Source of the DNA: an uncultured bacterium
GTDB lineage: Bacteria; B130-G9
DNA length: 20,000 bases
Assembly: GCA_965372715.1 (NCBI GenBank)
Contig: CBDVDH010000011.1
Location: 54,708 to 74,707, forward strand
Direction: 5' to 3'
The translations under genes and the position numbers were made by a program. The notes beneath the pieces were generated by a model that made no database searches, was not told the DNA's origin, and saw nothing but the letters and a program-made list of their open reading frames with translations. Shown piece after piece: positions 16,093-20,000 of this stretch; position 1 is the stretch's first letter; each line of letters begins with the position of its first letter.

Positions 16093-19000
16093 TTATGAAT
16101 TCAAGACATTAACCGCTCTTCTCGCCAGCTTGCCTATGGACCAAAGCGCGGGGCAGTAGAGCATGTTTTCGTCCATGTCGGGATAATTCATAAGGGTCCT
16201 GGCAAAATCCGGATCGTCTATCTCTTCGATTAATCTCGGAACATAATCCTCGTAAAGGCTGCTACTACGGATATAGACCTTTAATAGCAACCAGCTCAAC
16301 ACTTCGTATATCGAATATCTGGGAATTTTGTACTTTTCAAGCGCAGATTGATGACTCGCCTTGATGTCTCCTAATGCCGCTTCAACATCCGAATTTGAGC
16401 AGTAGATTTCGGAAAGTGCGCGCAAGAATAGAAGTCCAGGGTGGTCAGGATATGATTCAAGGTAGCGAGAGACCTGGCCACGAACCCAAGCCGCGTCATT
16501 CGGTGATCGCACGCCGCCAATCGGCTCTCCGGATTCCGAAATAACGCCGCCATCAAAGATCATCTTGAGATTGTGGAAGGATCCCACTTCCTTTAAGACC
16601 TGCTGAATCTCTTCATAATACTTTGTCTCCAAATAGCGAAGAATCCTGTCTCTAATGCAGGCGTCTTGATCATTTACATTCAGCTTAGCGGCTTCTTCCG
16701 CCATCGAGAGAAGCTCCCGGAAAGCGCGACGCCGGCCTTTCTCGACAGTGTCGTAAATGAAGTCAATGAGTACTTCAGCCGCTCTGCGCACAAAGCTGGG
16801 TTGGTCGCTCTGCCAAAGCGGCAATTCAATATGCTGCATGAGTTTTTCTTTTTCCGCCGCCACGCGCCCGCGATTATATCCCTCTACATATTTGCAGAAC
16901 CTGTCAACGACACGCTCCTTTGAAGTGCCAGCAATGACGAGGCGGAATTGGCTTGCGGCGAAATCAATGGTGTAGTCCTCGATTACGCCGAGCAACAAGA
17001 GCCGGTATACAGCTTTTTCACAATTGTTCTTTTTAAGATCCTTCCCGTCCCAGTCCGGGCACGCAACATTTACTCTCTTCTCCGTTCCAAAGTCCCCAAT
17101 TTCACCCATGATATTGTCAACATCATCAAGCTCGTCTTTTATGCCACGAAATGAATTGAGATGGAACCACATCGCGCGAGTAACATCGTCGTCTGTTTCC
17201 CAATTTCGCTCTTTCTCCATAATGAGTTTCAGTTCTTCTATGGTGGCAGCAGGGTCTAAAAGGGCAGCCGTCCTGGCTTTGAAATCATTGGATAATATCA
17301 GAATGCACTGTGCCCTTTTTCCGTCGCGCCCAGCTCTACCGGCTTGTTGATAAAACGACTCTATGGAGTGCGGTAGGCCCAAATGAACCGTATATCTGAT
17401 ATTGGGTTTATCAATCCCCATGCCAAAGGCTTTTGTGGCAACCAGGAGCGGGAATTTGTTATTTTTGAAATCGCTGGCATTCTGTTTTTTTGTCAGCCTC
17501 CAATCGCTATCGGAGAAACCACCGGGCGTTCCGCCGGAATAGCATTCTGCCGATATTCCAAGCTTGGACGAGATGTACTGCTTGTTCCGAGTTATACCAT
17601 ACTGCCCATTTATGTGTGGACAGAAGATAATCCCGCACTCTGTCTTCTCCTTTCGAGGACTGAAAAAATGGTCAGCAGTTGTCTGAAAAACGTTCGGTAA
17701 CGTCTTCTCTAGAATAGTCCGCAGAGTGCCCTGTTTCTGATTGGATCTACGTTTGTGCACTGCGAAATGCAGCTCTTCTCTGTCAAAAGTCTTGGGAGTA
17801 ACAATCGCATCGTCCGTTATTTGCAGTTCTCGCTGCACGTCGCGCAACACCACGTGTGACGCTGTGCCCGTTAGCGCCAACAATGGAGGAGTGCGGCCCG
17901 GGGATCTGCAACACTCTCTGGTTGTACGTCCGATGTTCAGATAAGCGGTCTTAAACTCATGTCCCCATTCAGAAACACAATGCGCTTCGTCTATCGCAAT
18001 GACCGAAATCGGGATAATCACAGTCAGCTCTGCAAGACTGTTTCGGAATTCGTCGCTTTGCATTCTCTCTGGGGAGATATAACATAGAACGTACTCGCCG
18101 TTGCCAAATGCTTCAATGAGTTTTGAACGAATCTGCCCCTGTCCCTCACCTAGACCGGCGATTGCCTCAACGCGATCAATGCCGATTCGAGCCAGGTTAT
18201 CTTTCTGATCGTCCATAAGGGCTATAGTTGGGCTGATCACGATTGGAAGGCCTGGCAGTAGCAGGGAGGCTAGTTGAAAGGCAAGCGATTTGCCCGCGCC
18301 AGTAGGCAATAGAACCACAGCGTCCTTTCCCTGTAGCGCCCGTGTGATAGCGTCAAATTGCCCTTCTCGGAACGTCTCGTGTCGAAAAATATACTTCAGA
18401 AAATAACGCAGCGTATCTTCAGAAGCATCAGGAACTGTCGCAGGTTCTGTTGGTCCCTCGTGATGTGCGATCGTATGTGGGAAGGAGATATCCTGAATGA
18501 TGAATCGGCGCCCGTTTGTTATCAGATTCTCGTTGAACGTGATTACTGGAGCGGTGGTTGAGTCCGAGCCGTTTAGCGTCTCCAATTTGAACCCGGCGAA
18601 ACTGCCTTCGATGCAATACAGATCGAACAAATGACGCACCAATTCCCCCAAGTCCTTGAGGGCGGATTTAACGATGGTCTCCGTCTCATGTCGTGTGAAG
18701 CAAACGGAATCAGCATCGAAGCAAATTCTTGTTTGCTCGGATGTTATTGGGGCAGCACCGGCGAGCAAGCTTTCAATCACCACGATCTGAACTTGGTGTG
18801 CGAGCTTCACCGCCAACAGATATTTGCTGATTGCAGAGAGACTATCAAACGCTTCAGTCTTCGCTTCCTGTATAGTTTCATGCAATTCTCGCAGATTGGA
18901 GCCGCATTTTTCGGCAACTTCGTGATTCAGGATTCTAATGCACCGATATCCGTTTTTCTGCAGTTGTGCGTCGCGAATCCCCATAGCTCCCCCATCGAGC

Positions 19001-19653
19001 ATGGCCTTAGCCGGAGCATCTATCTCAACCACAATCCATTTCGTCGGGAGGGTAATGAGGAAATCTACTCGCTGAAGAGCAGCCGGGCCTTTAATGCCCT
19101 CCACTAGGCTGGAGAAAAGAACTTGCGGCAGGACGAATCTCTTGTAGTAAGGCCCCAAGTATTGCGGTAGGATTCTCTCGTAGAAGTCATGCTCCGGGTT
19201 GCTATCAAACCATGCCGTTGTTTCTCTGCATGGAGTCGCCAGAGCGAAATAGACATTATTGACTATGTCCTTCACATCGAACTTCTCGAAGTGGAATAGT
19301 TCCTTCAATTTCCCTTCAAGGGACGGGGAGAGAAGCGTAACTCGGCCTCTTGTGAGTATTTTCCTAGCAATGAGAAGCACTCTCTTCGGGACTTCTGGCA
19401 GTCCAACTTCGGATGTTGCTGCCGCAGGGAAGTCCAACCGCCACTGACCAAAGCGACGCCGCCAGTCTTTTTCCCATGATGTTCGTCTGTTCGCCGCATC
19501 GAGCAATTCCTTGGGAACTGCCATGTTCTGGAAGAAGAGGGTGCAATAGTCGTCGAATCTTGCACGCGCCTTCAATTCAACGGGCAATATCCATTCATCG
19601 TCCGTCATTGGATTATTGGCGCGTGCTGCTTTCTCTGTCTTCTCGGAGGTCAT
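16093..19653 (-). CDS. Large atypical RecQ-family SF2 DNA helicase with an N-terminal DUF559/Vsr-like nuclease-fold region and a long helical C-terminus
   Basis: FREGQ, LLPTGAGKS, ISPTIALMDDQ, IDEAHCVSEWGHEF, LALTGTA, VATKAFGMGIDKPNIR, YQQAGRAGRDG. N-terminal PQV..RVDF..IVVEID..RD..L..GY..IRI. The track start at 19734 lies inside the tRNA; real candidates are ATG 19674, 19653 or 19608. Confidence 0.85.
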   Translation of the reverse strand: MTSEKTEKAARANNPMTDDEWILPVELKARARFDDYCTLFFQNMAVPKELLDAANRRTSWEKDWRRRFGQWRLDFPAAATSEVGLPEVPKRVLLIARKILTRGRVTLLSPSLEGKLKELFHFEKFDVKDIVNNVYFALATPCRETTAWFDSNPEHDFYERILPQYLGPYYKRFVLPQVLFSSLVEGIKGPAALQRVDFLITLPTKWIVVEIDAPAKAMLDGGAMGIRDAQLQKNGYRCIRILNHEVAEKCGSNLRELHETIQEAKTEAFDSLSAISKYLLAVKLAHQVQIVVIESLLAGAAPITSEQTRICFDADSVCFTRHETETIVKSALKDLGELVRHLFDLYCIEGSFAGFKLETLNGSDSTTAPVITFNENLITNGRRFIIQDISFPHTIAHHEGPTEPATVPDASEDTLRYFLKYIFRHETFREGQFDAITRALQGKDAVVLLPTGAGKSLAFQLASLLLPGLPIVISPTIALMDDQKDNLARIGIDRVEAIAGLGEGQGQIRSKLIEAFGNGEYVLCYISPERMQSDEFRNSLAELTVIIPISVIAIDEAHCVSEWGHEFKTAYLNIGRTTRECCRSPGRTPPLLALTGTASHVVLRDVQRELQITDDAIVTPKTFDREELHFAVHKRRSNQKQGTLRTILEKTLPNVFQTTADHFFSPRKEKTECGIIFCPHINGQYGITRNKQYISSKLGISAECYSGGTPGGFSDSDWRLTKKQNASDFKNNKFPLLVATKAFGMGIDKPNIRYTVHLGLPHSIESFYQQAGRAGRDGKRAQCILILSNDFKARTAALLDPAATIEELKLIMEKERNWETDDDVTRAMWFHLNSFRGIKDELDDVDNIMGEIGDFGTEKRVNVACPDWDGKDLKKNNCEKAVYRLLLLGVIEDYTIDFAASQFRLVIAGTSKERVVDRFCKYVEGYNRGRVAAEKEKLMQHIELPLWQSDQPSFVRRAAEVLIDFIYDTVEKGRRRAFRELLSMAEEAAKLNVNDQDACIRDRILRYLETKYYEEIQQVLKEVGSFHNLKMIFDGGVISESGEPIGGVRSPNDAAWVRGQVSRYLESYPDHPGLLFLRALSEIYCSNSDVEAALGDIKASHQSALEKYKIPRYSIYEVLSWLLLKVYIRSSSLYEDYVPRLIEEIDDPDFARTLMNYPDMDENMLYCPALWSIGKLARRAVNVLNS

Positions 19654-19695
19654 AGTGTTACTTGACCAAATCATAAGGCGAAATGCCGATCGGTA

Positions 19696-19780
19696 TGCCG
19701 GGGGGGGGAATCGAACCCCCACGGTGCTAAGCACCGCAGGATTTTGAGTCCTGTGCGTCTACCTGTTCCGCCACCCCGGC
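19696..19780 (-). tRNA. tRNA-Leu (anticodon CAA), CCA not encoded
   Basis: GCCGGGG TGGCGGAACAGGTAGACGC A CAGGA CT CAA AA TCCTG CGGTGCTTAGCACCG T GGGGG TTCGATT CCCCC CCCCGGC A: perfect acceptor, anticodon and T stems, long variable arm, discriminator A. Confidence 0.96.
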
Positions 19781-19816
19781 TGTATAAGACCGATCTGTCT
19801 GTTGTTCAGAGCCTGC

Positions 19817-19845
19817 AATCTATTGTTCACGACGGGAAAGGTCAA
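19817..19845 (-). promoter_or_regulatory. sigma70 promoter of tRNA-Leu
   Basis: Minus strand TTGACC (19845-19840), 17-nt spacer, TAGATT (19822-19817). Predicted start about 30 nt before the tRNA. Confidence 0.7.
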
Positions 19846-19901
19846 GAGCGATTGAGCGGGGACGCACGGCGCTGGCTCGAACGCAAGTCGGTGTAGCCTG
19901 C

Positions 19902-20000
19902 GTAGGGGCGGGGGGGTGGCCGCCCCGACATGGGTGCGTTTGCAAAAAGGAGTGGGGGGGGCGGGCCCCCCCCCCCCCCCCCCCACACCCAGCCCACCCC
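19902..20000 (+). other. Degenerate GTAG-type REP followed by homopolymer-rich, probably low-quality contig-end sequence
   Basis: GTAGGGGCGGGGGGGTGGCCGCCCC (19902-19926), then long G runs and a C run of about 19 nt. Confidence 0.45.

Noticed and set aside
19675-19734. ORF-track start of the 1213-aa helicase at 19734
   Set aside because: It lies inside the tRNA-Leu gene; MLSTVGVRFPPPA is translated tRNA sequence.
19759-20000. 75-aa ORF and G-quadruplex-like or phase-variable homopolymers at the window end
   Set aside because: The ORF overlaps the tRNA and its promoter. The G/C runs look like low-quality terminal sequence and cannot be interpreted without reads.
1-20000. CRISPR array, integrase or transposase
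   Set aside because: I found no regularly spaced direct repeats with spacers and no recombinase or transposase motifs.

Overview
Bacterial chromosomal window, roughly 55-60% GC by eye, with a visibly more AT-rich block at about 15.6-19.7 kb. From left to right it holds: the 3' end of a putative nucleotidyltransferase gene; a minus-strand operon for an uncharacterised P-loop ATPase plus a four-subunit (delta-alpha-beta-gamma) Vor-type 2-oxoacid:ferredoxin oxidoreductase; a small hypothetical gene; several different REP-like palindromic elements; a fully cytoplasmic three-gene signalling cluster (response regulator with an unrecognised output domain, a sensor-less histidine kinase, and a REC-kinase hybrid); a 3'-truncated ArnT/PMT-like glycosyltransferase remnant; and a PNPOx-like gene followed by a sucrose cluster (pfkB fructokinase, SPS with an intact HAD/SPP domain, sucrose synthase). 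Immediately 3' of a tRNA-Leu(CAA) lies a two-gene unit: a ~1,180-aa atypical RecQ-family helicase with an N-terminal DUF559/Vsr-like nuclease-fold region, and a small tail-anchored coiled-coil protein with a 36-aa internal duplication. This unit is the best candidate for an undescribed, possibly anti-phage, system. The last ~100 nt look like low-quality contig-end sequence. All family calls are from motif recognition by eye; no searches were run.
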